From Eledone cirrhosa (Eukaryota), in assembly GCA_964016885.1 (NCBI GenBank), contig OZ024741.1:358360001-358424000 (forward strand): a DNA stretch of 64,000 nucleotides. Reading direction: 5' to 3'. The first letter of the stretch is position 1. Every line of letters begins with the position of its first letter. Below are positions 13,305-27,502 of this stretch, piece by piece. The position numbers were made by a program, and so were the translations under genes. The notes under the pieces are model-generated. The model made no database searches. It saw only the letters and a list, made by a program, of their open reading frames with translations, and was not told where the DNA came from.

Positions 13305-13377
13305 ACGAGAGAGATCAAGAGATAGAGATTGAGTGAGAGAGAGAGAGAGAGAGGGGGGGGGAGAGAGATATAGAGAG

Positions 13378-13409
<32 letters not shown>

Positions 13410-13465
13410 TCTGTAAGACCAAGATAGATAGATAGAGAGAGAGGGAAAGAGAGAGAGAGAGAGAA
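13305..13465. repeat. (GA)n/(GATA)n microsatellite
   Basis: Direct inspection. Confidence 0.9.
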
Positions 13466-14024
13466 AGTCTGTAGATCCAAATGGTCCGTAGAAAGCAAAT
13501 GTTTTACATCGTTACTCTCAGGAACTGCTTCGAACTGCCTTTTTCTGGGTCTAAAACAGGCTATTTATATCTGTCGCTTCCTCTGTCCCCTGCATTGAGA
13601 ACCACTGGGGTGACCTCGAGAGATCGCCCACGCACAGACTTGTTTACGCCCAAAAGAAGGTAACCCAGAATTTGACTGTTAAATGTCACTCAGGGGGTCA
13701 AAGCGTGGACAGATTTCGCTACATATCAACACGTTCTTGCCATTGTAGGCTGAAAATTAATGGCGTTCTTCTCACTTAATCCTCCGTGAGTAAAATATTT
13801 TCGATGAATTTTAAATATCACACTAGAATGTTCATATTAACACGTAATTTAAATTTTACCGATCTAGCTATGCTCTGTGATTACAAATCCGCGCAGGCCA
13901 TCTTCTAACAAAATGCTTACTTACAATACAACTTCCCTTAAAATAATTATATTAATACACAAATTACTTGCTTCATATTTCTCACGCGCTTTTCGAAGGC
14001 TTGCTTTTATTTTTTTCTGGATAT

Positions 14025-14325
14025 GAAGGTATTCGACTCACAATCGTAAGGTCGTGAGTTCGATTCCCGGCGGCGCGGTGTGTCCTTGAGCAAGACACTT
14101 TATTTCCCGTTGCTCCAGTCCACTTAGCTGGTAAAAATGAGTTGTATCTGTAATTCTAAGGGCCAGCCTTGCCACATTCTATGTCATACTGAATCTCCCT
14201 GAGAACTACGTTATGGGTACGCGTGTTTGGGGAATCCTCAGCCACTGGCACGTTAATTAGACGGGCAGGCTATTCCGTTAATCGTATCAACAGGAATACA
14301 CGTCGTCGTAACCGACGGAGTGCCA
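14025..14325 (+). mobile_element. tRNA-derived SINE family B
   Basis: B-box gagttcgattcc and body gtgtccttgagcaagacactt. Related copies near 33825, 46470, 49595, 50330 and 61355. Confidence 0.7.
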
Positions 14326-14480
14326 TCATATCATTTCAGTGTTGCCGTACCCTCTTGAAGATTATAATGATACAATTGGAGCCAATATGGTATCCTACGT
14401 CAGTGACACATAATTATTGATATCACTTATATCAATTATAGTAGACACAAATAAAATGCGTATGTATGTATGTATGTATG

Positions 14481-17146
14481 TTATCTCTTTCTCTTAATTT
14501 CGAGTATATTTTTTTGACCGGCCACCTTCCTGGTGGCAAGGTTGTAAAAGAAAAGAAATTGTCATCCCTTGAAACGCAAGAATGTTTTGCAAATTTTGAA
14601 GGTGCCAGCTATCGCAGCCACAGACTATGAATTAGGGAGCTGCGCTTTTTGTCCGCAAATCCAAGTTCAGTCATACTTTGGTCCAAGCGGGTTGGTATAT
14701 AACCCGTAGCTCCAATAATGATGGGTATGAAGCTAAAGGTGTATCTTGGATACTGGATTTGTAAACTCCTCATCAATGGTCCGTAGATGTCCTCCTTCTC
14801 CTGTATTTTTCTGACAACGTTTACATCAAGTGGGCAGCTGATCTCCACAACAGAACACGTTTTCAATGTGTGGTCCCAAACAACAATATCAGGCCGGTTG
14901 TGCTTTAATTTGGTGGCAGTTTTTATTTTCAGGTTCCACCAGTATTCCTTAGTGCCATCTGTCTCAATATATTCTTCCTCGTTTGTTGTTAATGTTGTTT
15001 TCCGAAGTGCATTCCAGATGGTTCTAGCTATCCCATCGTGTCTCATGGGGAGGTAGTAGCGAGATGACATTCTTTCGCAGCTGGCAACAATGTGGCTTAC
15101 ATCCTCGATCTTTGTTTTACATAGCCTACATTTATTGTCAGCTGCTGGCCCTCCTCTTTTGTGCAGCAGATATTTGGTAGGGAGTTCTTGTTCCTGTATT
15201 GCATAGAGATATCCCTCAAGGTGTGATGTCATAAACTTGTCGGAACTCCATGCCAGGCTTTTGAGTGGTTTATCCCCCTCTATGGTCTGTGTTTTACGTC
15301 TCAAGTATCCATGCACAACTTTTTCTGTAAATTGGTCAATTTTTTCATCTTGTTTGAACATTGAATAGGATCTTCCGATTTCTCTGGGTGAGAAATTTAT
15401 ATCAGGCTTTATTCCATATCTCTCCTCCAGATCAGTGGCTATTCTAATGATATTTTATTTTCATGCTCATAAACCTGGGCAAGATGGTTGCCAACCTTTT
15501 TCCTCTGTTGAAGGTGTTGCTTCAGTGTCACTATCCGACTCTCATATGTTGTTAATATTGATTTTAGACCCCGGCCACCTTCCTTGTGTGAGGAGTATAG
15601 CCTATCCACATCACCATTGATGTTAAAGTTCCCAGTAACACTGAGAAGTTTGTGAGTTCTAACATCCATCTCGCTTAATTCTTGCAATGACCAGTTCAGC
15701 AGGCCAAATGTTGGCGTCAGAATTGGCACAGCATAAGTATTGTGGGCAATGTATTTGTTGTACGCTGACAGTTCTGATGACCATATTTTCTTTACTCTTC
15801 TGAGGTATTCAGTTCTGGTTCTCTCCTTATTTATGGGTCCATCATATCTGACATTTTCATCCTGTCCAAGATATCTGTAGTTGTCACCTGACTGTAGAGG
15901 TTGTATTGTCAGGCCGTTCATCTCTAGATTTATAGAGGAGGGCACAGCTCTTCCACGTTTTACTGCCAAATATGCACACTTGGACTCACCAAATTTCATT
16001 TTGATGTCTGTTGAAAATTGTGTAATGAGGTCCAATTGTTTCTTGATGTCATTGATATTTGGCCCATACAACTTCAGGTCATCAACAAAAAAAAGATGGG
16101 AGATACTTCTGGATCCACTTCTTTGTCCACCTTGTTTCCTGAGTAGGTAAGATAGTGGATTTAGTGAGAGAACGAAGAGTAGCACTGACAAGCTATCACC
16201 CTGAAAGATGCCCTTCTGGTAATGTATCTTATCAGTCTTAACTTACTCCTTCTCACCTCTAAGGATTAAATTGGTGTACCAGTTCTTGGTCAGGCGTTCA
16301 ACAGCAGCTACCAATGGTTGTGGGACTTTGGCTAACTGTAAAGCCTTAATAATCCACCCATGAGGTACACTATCAAATGCTTTTTGATAGTCCAGCCACA
16401 CCACTGTCATGTTTCTGCGATTCTTTGTTGTTTTTCCTGAATCATTTTATTAGTTAGTAGGTGATCTATGCAACCCACACCTCCCTCTTTCCACCAGCTT
16501 GCTCAGGTGTTATGATGTTGTTGGTAGCACAGTGATCCTGTAAGAACAGGTTAAGGCACCCAGTGTATAATTTATACATTATGTTTTGGCAGGCTATTGG
16601 GCGGTAATTTTTTAGCAAGGGTGGTTTGGCTATTTTGGGGGAATGAGGAGAGTAGTGGTAGTTGATAACCATCTGGGCAGTTCTTGTGTGCCTTTAATGG
16701 TTTCTGTAAACATCCGTATGAGATCTTGCCGATAGAAAGTGAAATTCTTCAACCAGTATCCTGTAATGGGGTCTGAGCCTGGTGATTTCCTATTCGACAT
16801 TTTCTGTAGAGCTGTTTCCAGTATTGACCCATCTATGTCATATTGTTTTGTCTGGACATGTTGGCAGTAGTCCTTTTCCAGTTCTTTTAGCCAATTAGTT
16901 TGTCTGTTGAATCCATCATCCGTTTCCCATACATATCTCCAGTAGCTCTCAACCTGTTCTTTTGAAGAGGTGTCATTTACAGGGATTGAGCTTTTGCCAC
17001 CGAAGCTGCGATAAACTGATTTAGGATCTCTGGCAAACAATCTATTTAGCACTTGTCGTTTATGTGCTGTTGACTTATATTTTAGTCTTTCTGTTGTAGC
17101 TGTGAGTTGTTGTTTCAACAGGTGTAATTTGGAGTTGAAAGTTTTA
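14481..17146 (-). mobile_element. R4/Dong-like non-LTR retrotransposon (RT + restriction-like endonuclease), 5'-truncated, inside (TATG)n
   Basis: NYRPIACQN, WLDYQKAFDSVPH, GIFQGDSLS, HLFFVDDLKLY, CCHC knuckle CRLCK..SHIVASC, RHD and RPDIVVWD..EISCP. (TATG)n on both sides. Confidence 0.9.
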
Positions 17147-17420
17147 ATGTATGTATGTATGTATGTATGTATGTATGTATGTATGTATGTATGTATGTAT
17201 GTATGTATGTATGTATGTATGTATGTATGTATGTATGTATGTATGTATGCATGTGTGTATGTATGTATGTATGTATGTATGTATGTATGTATGTATGTAT
17301 GTATGTATGTATGTATGTATTTATGTATGTATGTGTATATGTATATATGTATGCATGTGTGCAAGTATGTATGTATGTATGTATGTATGTATGTATGTAT
17401 GTATGTATGTATGTATGTAT
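17147..17420. repeat. (TATG)n microsatellite
   Basis: Direct inspection. Confidence 0.95.
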
Positions 17421-17470
17421 AACCTCTCGTTATACACACAAACACACACATATATATGTATATATATATA

Positions 17471-17596
17471 TGTAAAAGGTAAACAGAAATAACAATATAA
17501 TCGGTACAGTATATGGAAGGGATATATTAAGTTAACGCTTGATATAGCAGGAAGAGGATCTTAACGTTTCGGACGCTAGTCTTTCATCAGAAGAAT
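17471..17596 (-). mobile_element. Isolated PLE 3' terminus with a hammerhead, between (TA)n tracts
   Basis: Closely matches 62433-62558, the end of a GIY-YIG-bearing PLE. Confidence 0.75.
17559..17594 (-). ncRNA. Minimal type-I hammerhead ribozyme
   Basis: TCTT-CTGATGA-AAGAC tagc GTCC-GAAACGTT-AAGA, with palindromic stem III. Confidence 0.75.
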
Positions 17597-17618
17597 ATAT
17601 ATATATATATATTCACCC

Positions 17619-17681
<63 letters not shown>

Positions 17682-17835
17682 TAGAAAGTGAGGTTTTTTT
17701 TACAAAATGAAAAATAACCGAGGTGTCCTACACGAGTGAAAGTATAAAGAAAAAGAGATGAAATCGAAAATGCAACTGGAGTCTTATTTTTTAAAAAAAT
17801 ATATATATTTATTTGGTTCCTTTATTTATTTGGTT

Positions 17836-17873
17836 CCTTTACCGGTTTCGCAGTTCTTCTGCTTTTCAAAAGG
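17836..17873 (-). ncRNA. Hammerhead ribozyme with U3-A8 core variant
   Basis: CCTT-TTGAAAA-GCAG aagaa CTGC-GAAACCGGTA-AAGG. Confidence 0.65.
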
Positions 17874-19359
17874 TGAGTTGAGATGGAGGGTTTGTGGTTT
17901 TTCTCACATCTGGTTGGTCTCTGAATGTTACTTGATTTATATGGAAAAAGTGGCTCGAAATGCCAGGTTTTTCGAGAAGTAATTTGATTGGTTTGTCAAT
18001 AATTATAATAAATTTCGCGCCAGTTCGCGTTACAATAGTTCTTCAAATAAGAGGGGGGAGGGGGTTGTCGCAGGTTGTTTTTTCATATATGAGTGTTTGA
18101 ATTTCTTTTTACTTGAAAAAAGGAGGCTCACGAAGGCTTTTTTTTGGTTGGTTATAAATGAAATTATGGCTGTCACGTGAACAAATTTTCATTAAATTTT
18201 TGTGCCCTTATTTGGAAATCCATTCTGTAGCCTTTTTTTAGAGAATTTTTTGATAAGTGAAAGATAATGGTCAAGAGAAAGGGATGGGAGAATTGTTCTG
18301 GTTCAGTGAATATGGTTAGTTCGCTGGGGTGTCAGAATTCAGATTTTCTATTGAATAAAGAAAGTAAAGATATGTGTGTTTATTTGTGTGCGTGTGTGTG
18401 TGTGTGTGCGTGTGTGTGTGTGTGTGTGTGTTTGAATTTCTTTACTTTAAAAAAAGGTGGCTCACGAAGGCTTTTTTTTAATAAACGTGATTTGATTGGT
18501 TATAAATGAAATTTGGCTGTCACGTGAACAAGTTTTCATTACATTTTTGCGCCCTTATTTGGAAAACTATTCTGTAGTCTTTATAGCGAATGTTATGACA
18601 ATGGAAAGATAGTGGTCAAGAGAAATGGCATTGGGAGAATTGCTCTGGTTCAGTGAATATGGTTAGTTCGCTGGGGTGTCAGAGTTCAGATTTTCTATTG
18701 AAGTGAAGATATGTATGTTTATTTGTGTGCTTGTGTGAGTGTATGTGTGTGTGTGTGTGTATGTGTGTATTGGAAGATGATTCTATTAGTAGAAATGGGG
18801 GAGGGAGTTGTGTGTGTGTGTATATGGGTGTTATGTGTGTGTGTGCGAGTATTTTAAGATGGAGGGAATATATATTTTGTGTGTGTGTATATATATGTGT
18901 GTAGGAAAGTGGTTCTATTAGTAGAAATTAGTGTGTATATGGGTGTTATGTGTGTGTGTGCGAGTATGTTAAGATGGAGAGAATATATATTTTTTGTGTG
19001 TGTGTATATATATGTGTGTAGGAAAGTGGTTCTATTAGTAGAAATGGGGAGGGAGTTGTGGGTGTGGGTGTTGTTATGTGTGTGTATGGGTGTTATGTGT
19101 GTGGGAGTATGGTTAGCATGTTAAAATGAAGAGAATATATATATATATTGTGTGTGTGTGTATGTGTGTGTGTAGGAAAGTGATTCCTTTAGTAGGAATA
19201 TTTTTGAATGAACATATTTTCCTTACTTATTCGTGTTTGCTGTTGTATTGTCAGTGCAAACGTATGTTAAGGTTTATTTAGTTCGGGTTTTTATTTTCTA
19301 AAGTAGAAGGTGTTATGTGTGTGTGTGTATGTCATATTATGGTGTTGACATAATGTATA

Positions 19360-20244
19360 TTAAACCATATTTAATGTTGGTCTATATTTTTGAATAAACA
19401 TATTTTCCTTATTTATTCGCATTTGTTCTGTTGTATTGTTAGCGCAAAGGTAAAATGGGAAGACTTGGAATTTGGGTGTCTTATTACTTGCGCAAATGTA
19501 TAGATGTGCACTTAGTGGTATCTGTCTCGTGGTTGGATCTCGTAATTGTTGGCGATGAACTGTCATTCTGTTTCTGAGTGTGAGTTTAGTTTGTCCTATA
19601 TAATCTTCATTGCATCCTTTACATTTAATGGCATAAACTAGATTTTTTGATGAGCAAGTGAAGTGATTTTTTACAGTAAAATTTTGTCCTGATTTAAATG
19701 TATACGCGTTGCCTTCAATGAGGTGAGTGCAAGTTCCACAATTAGAGCGACCACATTTTTTGATACTTGGTTGTGGGTTTGTGGTAGGTAATTTGGCATT
19801 GGTGAGTAATGTTTTCAGTGATTTTGGTTGTCTTTTGCTTTTGATTATTTTGTGTGTTTCAAGGGCTTTTTTCATTCTTGGGTTTTGTTTTAGTAGTGGG
19901 ATGTTATTGTGAATAGTGTTGTAAGCTTCCGCATTTCTTGGGTTGTGTGTTGAGATATATGATAGAATATTGGACGTACCTTGAATTTGTTTCTGTTTCC
20001 GTAATTCATCAATGCCTATTGCTTTAGCCCTTTCTATTCCATTATTTATTAATAATAGTGGGTACTCTCTCTCGAGTAGAATTTCCTTTAATTCTTGAAG
20101 TCTTTTATTTCGCGTTTCATAATTGGAGACAATTGTGCAAATTCTTCTTGCTAGGTTAAAAGGAATGTTCGTCTTCGTGTGCTTTGGATGGTTGGAAGTG
20201 AATAGAAGATATTGTTTGGAATCTGTTGGTTTGTAGTGCTTCCA

Positions 20245-20245
<1 letters not shown>
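19360..20245 (-). pseudogene. PLE ORF C-terminus (RT thumb, Cys linker, GIY-YIG endonuclease)
   Basis: YKPTDSKQYL..SNHPKHTKTNIPFNLARRI, CGRSNCGTC, NLVYAIKC..C..YIGQT..LRNRMTVH and E..FI..Y.P.LN. The longer listed ORF only extends into (CA)n. Confidence 0.9.
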
Positions 20246-20334
<89 letters not shown>

Positions 20335-21176
20335 GCACACAAATAAACATACATATCTTCACTTCAATAGAAAATCTGAACTCTGACACCCCAGCGAACT
20401 AACCATATTCACTGAACCAGAACAATTCTCCCAATGCCATTTCTCTTGACCACTATCTTTCCATTGTCATAACATTCGCTATAAAGACTACAGAATAGTT
20501 TTCCAAATAAGGGCGCAAAAATGTAATGAAAACTTGTTCACGTGACAGCCAAATTTCATTTATAACCAATCAAATCACGTTTATTAAAAAAAAGCCATCG
20601 TGAGCCACCTTTTTTTAAAGTAAAGAAATTCAAACACACACACACACGCACACACACACACAAGCACACAAATAAACACACATATCTTTACTTTCTTTAT
20701 TCAATAGAAAATCTGAATTCTGACACCCCAGCGAACTAACCATATTCACTGAACCAGAACAATTCTCCCATCCCTTTCTCTTGACCATTATCTTTCACTT
20801 ATCAAAAAATTCTCTAAAAAAAGGCTACAGAATGGATTTCCAAATAAGGGCATAAAAATTTAATGAAAATTTGTTCACGTGACAGCCATAATTTCATTTA
20901 TAACCAACCAAAAAAAAGCCTTCGTGAGCCTCCTTTTTTCAAGTAAAAAGAAATTCAAACACTCATATATGAAAAAACAACCTGCGACAACCCCCCCTCT
21001 TATTTGAAGAACTATTGTAACGCGAACTGGCGCGAAATTTATTATAATTATTGACAAACCAATCAAATTACTTCTCGAAAAACCTGGCATTTCGAGCCAC
21101 TTTTTCCATATAAAACAAGTAACATTCAGAGACCAACCAGATGTGAGAAAAACCACAGACCCTCCATCTCAACTCA

Positions 21177-21214
21177 CCTTTTGAAAAGCAGAAGAACTGC
21201 GAAACCGGTAAAGG
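21177..21214 (+). ncRNA. Hammerhead ribozyme with U3-A8 core variant (inverted pseudo-LTR copy)
   Basis: Mirror copy of 17836-17873. Confidence 0.65.
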
Positions 21215-21286
21215 AACCAAATAAATATATATATTTAAAAAAAAAATAAGACTCCAGTTGCATTTTCGATTTCATCTCTTTTTCTT

Positions 21287-21364
<78 letters not shown>

Positions 21365-21544
21365 TACTAGCATAATACCCGTCGAAACTGCCATGGTTTA
21401 TATAAAAAAAATATTTAATTTAATAATTCCTTGATTATAAAATTATATGTGAAGATGCTTCAATCCTCAATTTTCCTTGATCCTCTTCTCTCTTGTCACT
21501 CTGGCCATTGCGGTATTTTATTTGACATTCATTTAAATCATTTA

Positions 21545-21730
21545 CAGTGAAATTCATTATAATGAAATTCACGGGGTATAAAAAATTCGTTGTAACGAAA
21601 AGTTCTTTATAATGAGATCGACCGAAACAAATCGAGCGTTTGTGTGTTATTATCTCGGGGATTGAAAAAAACATTTACTTATACTGAAAAATTCGTTATA
21701 ATGGTATTCGTCATAACGGAAATTTACCTG
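21545..21730. mobile_element. Tc1/mariner/pogo-type MITE
   Basis: TA|CAGTGAAATTCATTATAATGAA ... TTCGTCATAACGGAAATTTACCTG|TA: imperfect TIRs and a TA TSD. Confidence 0.65.
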
Positions 21731-21859
21731 TACAACAATTTTTTTCTCCATATTTTCTTTAATAATTATCAAACATATATCAACTAAATTACGATGAGTT
21801 TGTTATACCTATGTATCAGTCTATTTTCGGATTGCCATTGGGATTTGTGTTTCGTTGTT

Positions 21860-22410
21860 GTACTAAGAGTGCAAGTGTTTGAGGTATGCTCAGCAACTTG
21901 CTTGTTAATCTAACGATCAGGCCATTGTTTTGATCAAGCAACTAGAGTAATCGTCCTCAGAACACTCACAGTAAGTACACAGTAATAATGTTGAAACACA
22001 AATATGTTGAAACAAATCTAATAAGTATATAGAGGAATGAAATGGAATGGATTTACATGGGTTTCAATAATGATTGTTCCAATTGTTCGATCAACAGAAC
22101 AGCTGTTTCATGAAATTAACGTTCAATCAGCTGAACTTTCGACGCAAATGTGTGTCCTTAACGTAATTATCATGGAGATTCTGTGTAACACTGTGCGTGA
22201 CATAGCTGGCACTTTCAATTAGAGATACAGTTCACCCGACGGGCTTCCAAACAATTTCCGTCTACTCAATTTCACTCACCAGGCTTGGGCCGATCCAAGG
22301 CTTAGGCCGATCCAAAGATCGTAAATGAGAAACGTCCAAGATATCTCGCAGTGGGTACAAATCCGGAATATTATAATTGCAAAATGAAGTCTTTAAACAT
22401 TGGGCTATGC
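21860..22410 (-). mobile_element. Old SINE family C copy
   Basis: Similar to 32190-32540 (ccgtctactcaatttcactcaccaggc). Confidence 0.5.
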
Positions 22411-22472
22411 TGCAAACAGAGGTACATAAAGTCTTATTAGTTTCACGCTTTATATTGCAAAGAGGAAAGAAA

Positions 22473-22509
22473 GTTCGACGTGTCGGGTTTAAACCCTTCT
22501 TCAGGAGTA
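22473..22509 (-). ncRNA. Decayed minimal hammerhead in a PLE-like 3' end
   Basis: CTGAAGA-AGGG tttaaa CCC-GACA-CGTC (GAAA changed to GACA). Confidence 0.55.
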
Positions 22510-22800
22510 CAAAATAGAGACAGCGTCACAAAGGAGAAATAGAAAAAAAGGTTTGAGTAAAGAAAAAAAAAAATGAAAATGAAGAGTGAAAACAAGACAA
22601 ACCGTTAGGTAGTCTTGGTAACGAGTTGGAACACAAAGTAGAGTGTGTGTGTGTGTGTATTAGTGTTGTTACATATGTGAGTGTAAGTGTATGTTTAAAC
22701 GTGTGTGGTATTTAAAGGTATATTGAGTAAAGTATCAAATATAGTGAGTGTATGTGTATATCTATGTGGTAATGGTGGTAGGCACACACACACACATATG

Positions 22801-22831
<31 letters not shown>

Positions 22832-23079
22832 ACTAACGGCATGGTATGTATGATATATATTCAACTTGTCCTCTTGGGTCGAATATATTCATATAGTAAC
22901 TCAACGATATAACACCTTGTTCATCATACGGTCTAGTAACGAAATGGTATGTATGATATATTTTCAACCTGTCTCCTTGTTTCTATGAAGAATTTACCCT
23001 CCAATTAAGGAACTTTAATTCTTTCAATATTGGTTATTCCAATGTCTTGGAATTCCTGATGTTGTTTCTTGAAATCCAG

Positions 23080-23456
23080 AATTCTCAAATTCTCAAAATA
23101 CTGATTCGATATTATTCCGAATCAGTATTTTGAGAATTTGTTTTGGGTGTCAACTGTAATTAAAATCGAGTGCCGTGGCATACTGCCGATGGCGGTTTTG
23201 CGACACACCAGACCAATGAAACATTTGTTAATACTTGGAATAAACCCTACTATATAGCCGATCCGTGTTATTCTTCATTCCTTTATTATTAATACTCCAG
23301 GAACCGCTTACCTAGAAACTCTCTGGAATCGGTCACCCAAACACCACAACTAAGGAAACATCTTGTCGTGTCAAACAACGCCGAAAGTTAAAACTATCCT
23401 CGATACAGAGTACTCATAACCTCTACTTGGATTGCTTTAAAACGATACCACGTTAA

Positions 23457-23460
<4 letters not shown>
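23080..23460 (+). mobile_element. Short hammerhead-bearing PLE-end module
   Basis: Homologous to 36335-36625 on the minus strand. Ends in (TA)n and has a short 5' fold-back at 23084-23141. Confidence 0.6.
23124..23235 (+). ncRNA. Long-stem-II hammerhead with U3-A8 core
   Basis: AGTATT-TTGAGAA-Tttgttttgggtgtc...gacacaccagaccaaT-GAAACATTTGTT-AATACT. Confidence 0.6.
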
Positions 23461-23532
<72 letters not shown>

Positions 23533-23573
23533 GAATATAAAATGAAAGTGCTTTTATAAAGGAATTTATTAGG

Positions 23574-23691
23574 TATTGACATATGTTTCTGTAACAGACG
23601 GAATACCTATGTATTGCTGCTTGCGTAATCATATAATGTTAGCAAGTATTCGATAGCAAATGTATAATCAGTTGTCACTTCTTCAGAGATA
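23574..23691 (-). ncRNA. Long-stem-II hammerhead-like motif in a PLE terminus
   Basis: CTGAAGA-agtgacaa...tgttaca-GAAACATATGTC-aatac; stem I is imperfect. Confidence 0.45.
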
Positions 23692-24267
23692 TTGGATAAA
23701 TTGGAAAAAATCAGAAAAATTAAAGTATTTATATTAGTTGTAAGAAAGGAAGAAGAGAAGGGATAGTATATGACAGATGGCAATTCAATTTGCTGGTAAA
23801 CAAGTATATAGAAGGTTTTTAATGAGAATACAATGAGTATATGGCTTATTTTATCTAAATAAGAATTTTTGGGAGTGCCTATTTTAATCTATATTTGACG
23901 AACCCTAACAATACAGGCAGAGCAGAATCAAATAGGCACCATGTGCCCGACACCACCACACGGGCGGTGGGGACTAGTGCGCTTGACCACGAGATGGAGC
24001 ACAATATGAGTAGCAGTCTCAGGCGTGACGCTAACCACCCCAGGACGGACGACCCCAACCGCAGGACACGTAGGGGGGGGGGGGGCGACCACCCCACGAT
24101 GGATCTCCCGGGGCAGACAATGACCACCCCACAAATTCGGGCCGCGAAGATAACAAAAAGCATAGAGCCCAAAGGGGAAGCAGCAGTGCGAAAACCACCA
24201 GCAACCCAACAAATCTCCAACAAATCACGAAGCCCCCGACCCACACATATAGGAGGAGACACCGAAA

Positions 24268-25081
24268 ATGACGTGGTACAACCCACCCTACTCAGCGGCC
24301 CTAAAGAAAAGCTTGGCCCGATTATTCTTTGGAGCACTTGACAAATGCTTCCCGAGGGACCACAGATACCACAGGATCTTCAACAGACACACTGTGAAGC
24401 TTTCGTATTCCACCACGAGAAATTTGGCCTTACACATAGCTAGCATCAACAGAAGTAGGCTTAAAAACCACACACAACCAGAAGATGGCAATACAAACAC
24501 TCAGCAGAACCATGTGAAAGGAGGGAAGGGGGGACCCAGAGCCCACCCAAGAAACCCAAACAGACCCGAGGACCCCCCACCGAGCCTGGGGGAAGACCAA
24601 CATGTAACACATAACGGGAACCCTAATCTAGGCACGCAAAGGCCGACCACCCTCTGCAACTGCAGAAACCCCGAATCACGCCCCCTTTGTAATGAATGCC
24701 TCAAGAAGAACCTAGTGTACGGTTGTAGGGTTAAAACCCCCCAACTCCGAACACCTCTACATAGGAGCCACATCAACGAGCTTTAAAGACCGCTGGTACA
24801 ACCATCGCCATGCATTCAAGAAGGAGGCCAAAAGGAAAAGCACAGCTCTCTCCGACCTGATCTGGAAGCTTAAGCTGGACAGGACCCCATACTCTCTGGC
24901 CTGGTACATAATCAGGAAAGTACCACCCGATAAAGGGGGATCTTGCATATGCAAATTATGCCTGAACGAGACCCTCGAGATACTAAGAGGTGGAAGCGGC
25001 CTGATAAACCTCAGAACCGACTTCTTCGGGACATGCAGACACCTTAGAGCCGGGACCTTTCTCAAGATATATGGACAGTAG
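24268..25081 (+). pseudogene. PLE GIY-YIG endonuclease region, frameshifted near 24750
   Basis: LVYGC..YIGAT motif split across frames; stop at 25079-25081. Confidence 0.85.
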
Positions 25082-26279
25082 CAACACAAGAAGATGTGAA
25101 CTCCCCTCAAGCTATAGCGACTTCTACAGAACATGAAAACACCTCTCGGCCAGACCTCCCTCAAGCTATATGGGCAGTAACAACACCCTAGGTTATGAAC
25201 TCCCCTCAAGCCATAGGGAACAACCCAAGCTGAGCAGACACCATGATAGCCTAGAGATAGAATCGGACACAGCCATTATAATTTGGCCAACATCTATATA
25301 ACACAAACACTTTTTAATTTACTAGATTTCTGATTTTCAAGTTCCAATTTTAAATCTTGATTTCTCTTTATTAATTTGTTATTTGTTTTCTGCCCTCTTC
25401 ACTGTATCACCTTATATTTATTTTTAAGTTGAGATTGATTATAACACAAACACATTTAGTTTGATTATCTTATCCTAACAACTTGACTCATACCAATCTA
25501 TCCAACATATTCTGACCTTGAGATTGGTTATAGCACACACATACTTTATCCTACATTATTTCTCACTTCTCCATATTCATTTTCATTACTTTTTCACCAA
25601 TTTTTCATTTATTCTTTATTCTTTATTCTCTATTTATTTATTTATTTTCAAATTATACAAATTATATTAATTATTTTATTATATTATTTATTTTCTGTTT
25701 TCTTCGTTTATTGCCTTATATTTCTTCATATACATGGAAGAACCCCCCCCCCCCCACCACCACTATGATGGTGGCAGGAGGGATGAAGAAAAAACACACA
25801 CTGGATACTTCTAAATTGTTAGCAGCAGCAAGATATAAGCTGACCACAACACCAACAACACTACCAAAATAATGGTAGAGGTCAAATGTACTGAACAATA
25901 GTAAGCAAAAACACTACAGGGAGCCTCACCCCAGAAAGAATTCTATAGACTTCTGACTGAGGAATGCTCTCAGAACTGACCAATGGGAAGTTTGACACTT
26001 TTTTTGTTATTTTGTTCCTTTAACACCTTGTCCCTTCTACCATTTTATCAATTTTTTAAGCTAACTCCAACAATAACAACACTTAGAATGAGGAATGTTC
26101 TAATAACTGACCAATGAGAAGAGAAGAGGACCTTTGACACTGAAATTCGTTTGTTTGAATTCATATGATTCCAGTTCCTCAGTGAAATAACAACCCAACA
26201 AGGAACTGAGCATATCAGAGTATTGACAATATTATACACCTCAACAACATATGTACTTGTCTATACCATACTAATTCAA

Positions 26280-26334
26280 ACTGCTTGAAGAGGTCACAGC
26301 CAAAGATGGCTGTCACTAAAATATATATAGCAGT
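26280..26334 (+). ncRNA. Decayed hammerhead
   Basis: ACTGC-TTGAAGA-ggtcacagcca aaga tggctgtcact-AAAA-tatatATA-GCAGT; G12 is lost. Confidence 0.5.
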
Positions 26335-26489
26335 AATAAACGAAGCTAAATTTTAATCATTTGACTTTTATTTAACTTTATTTTACACTACTCCGGAGTA
26401 ACCAAACCAACCTGCGCACTTCGTCGAGTGCTCCAGCCTGCATACTTAGGTGTTGGTATACAACCAACATTAACTCAAAATCTCTTTCT

Positions 26490-27093
<604 letters not shown>

Positions 27094-27502
27094 AGTTGAA
27101 TAGTTTAAGAGAAATTTGAGGATAATTGTATGATATGCACTCAATATTTTGAATTTGTCTACAGAATTTTCTAAACCTTTGTCACTTAGTAGAACCTTAA
27201 AGAATTTAGCTTTTAAAGAATCTCCCTTTCCTTTAAATCTATCTACCATGACTGACCCCCACTGATCTTATAGACACCTGTTAAGAGAAACTTAATAATG
27301 AGTGGCACCCCATCCTGAACCTGTTTATAGAATTCTTTCTGCCTTTGTTACTCTAAAAATAAAAATAAACTATAACTTTGTAGATTTAGCTTTTAATGAA
27401 TTCCCTTTTCTATCAACCAATGACCTGCACCCATCCCACTCACCACCCTCTCCTACCACTTGTAGAGACCTATAAATGCCATACTTATTTTTTGATACCC
27501 AG

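Larger units (their letters stand above)
17683..21290 (-). mobile_element. Penelope-like element (Neptune-like), 5'-truncated, with ~1-kb inverted pseudo-LTR
   Basis: GIY-YIG ORF remnant. 17743-18775 is the reverse complement of 20239-21290. Flanked by microsatellites. Confidence 0.9.

Noticed and set aside
13470-13760. Unique-looking, moderately GC-rich segment as an exon or ncRNA
   Set aside because: No supportable ORF, splice pattern or structure by eye.
23050-23086. Hammerhead at GAATTC-CTGATGT..GAAA..GAATTC
   Set aside because: The core is incomplete and stem II does not pair.
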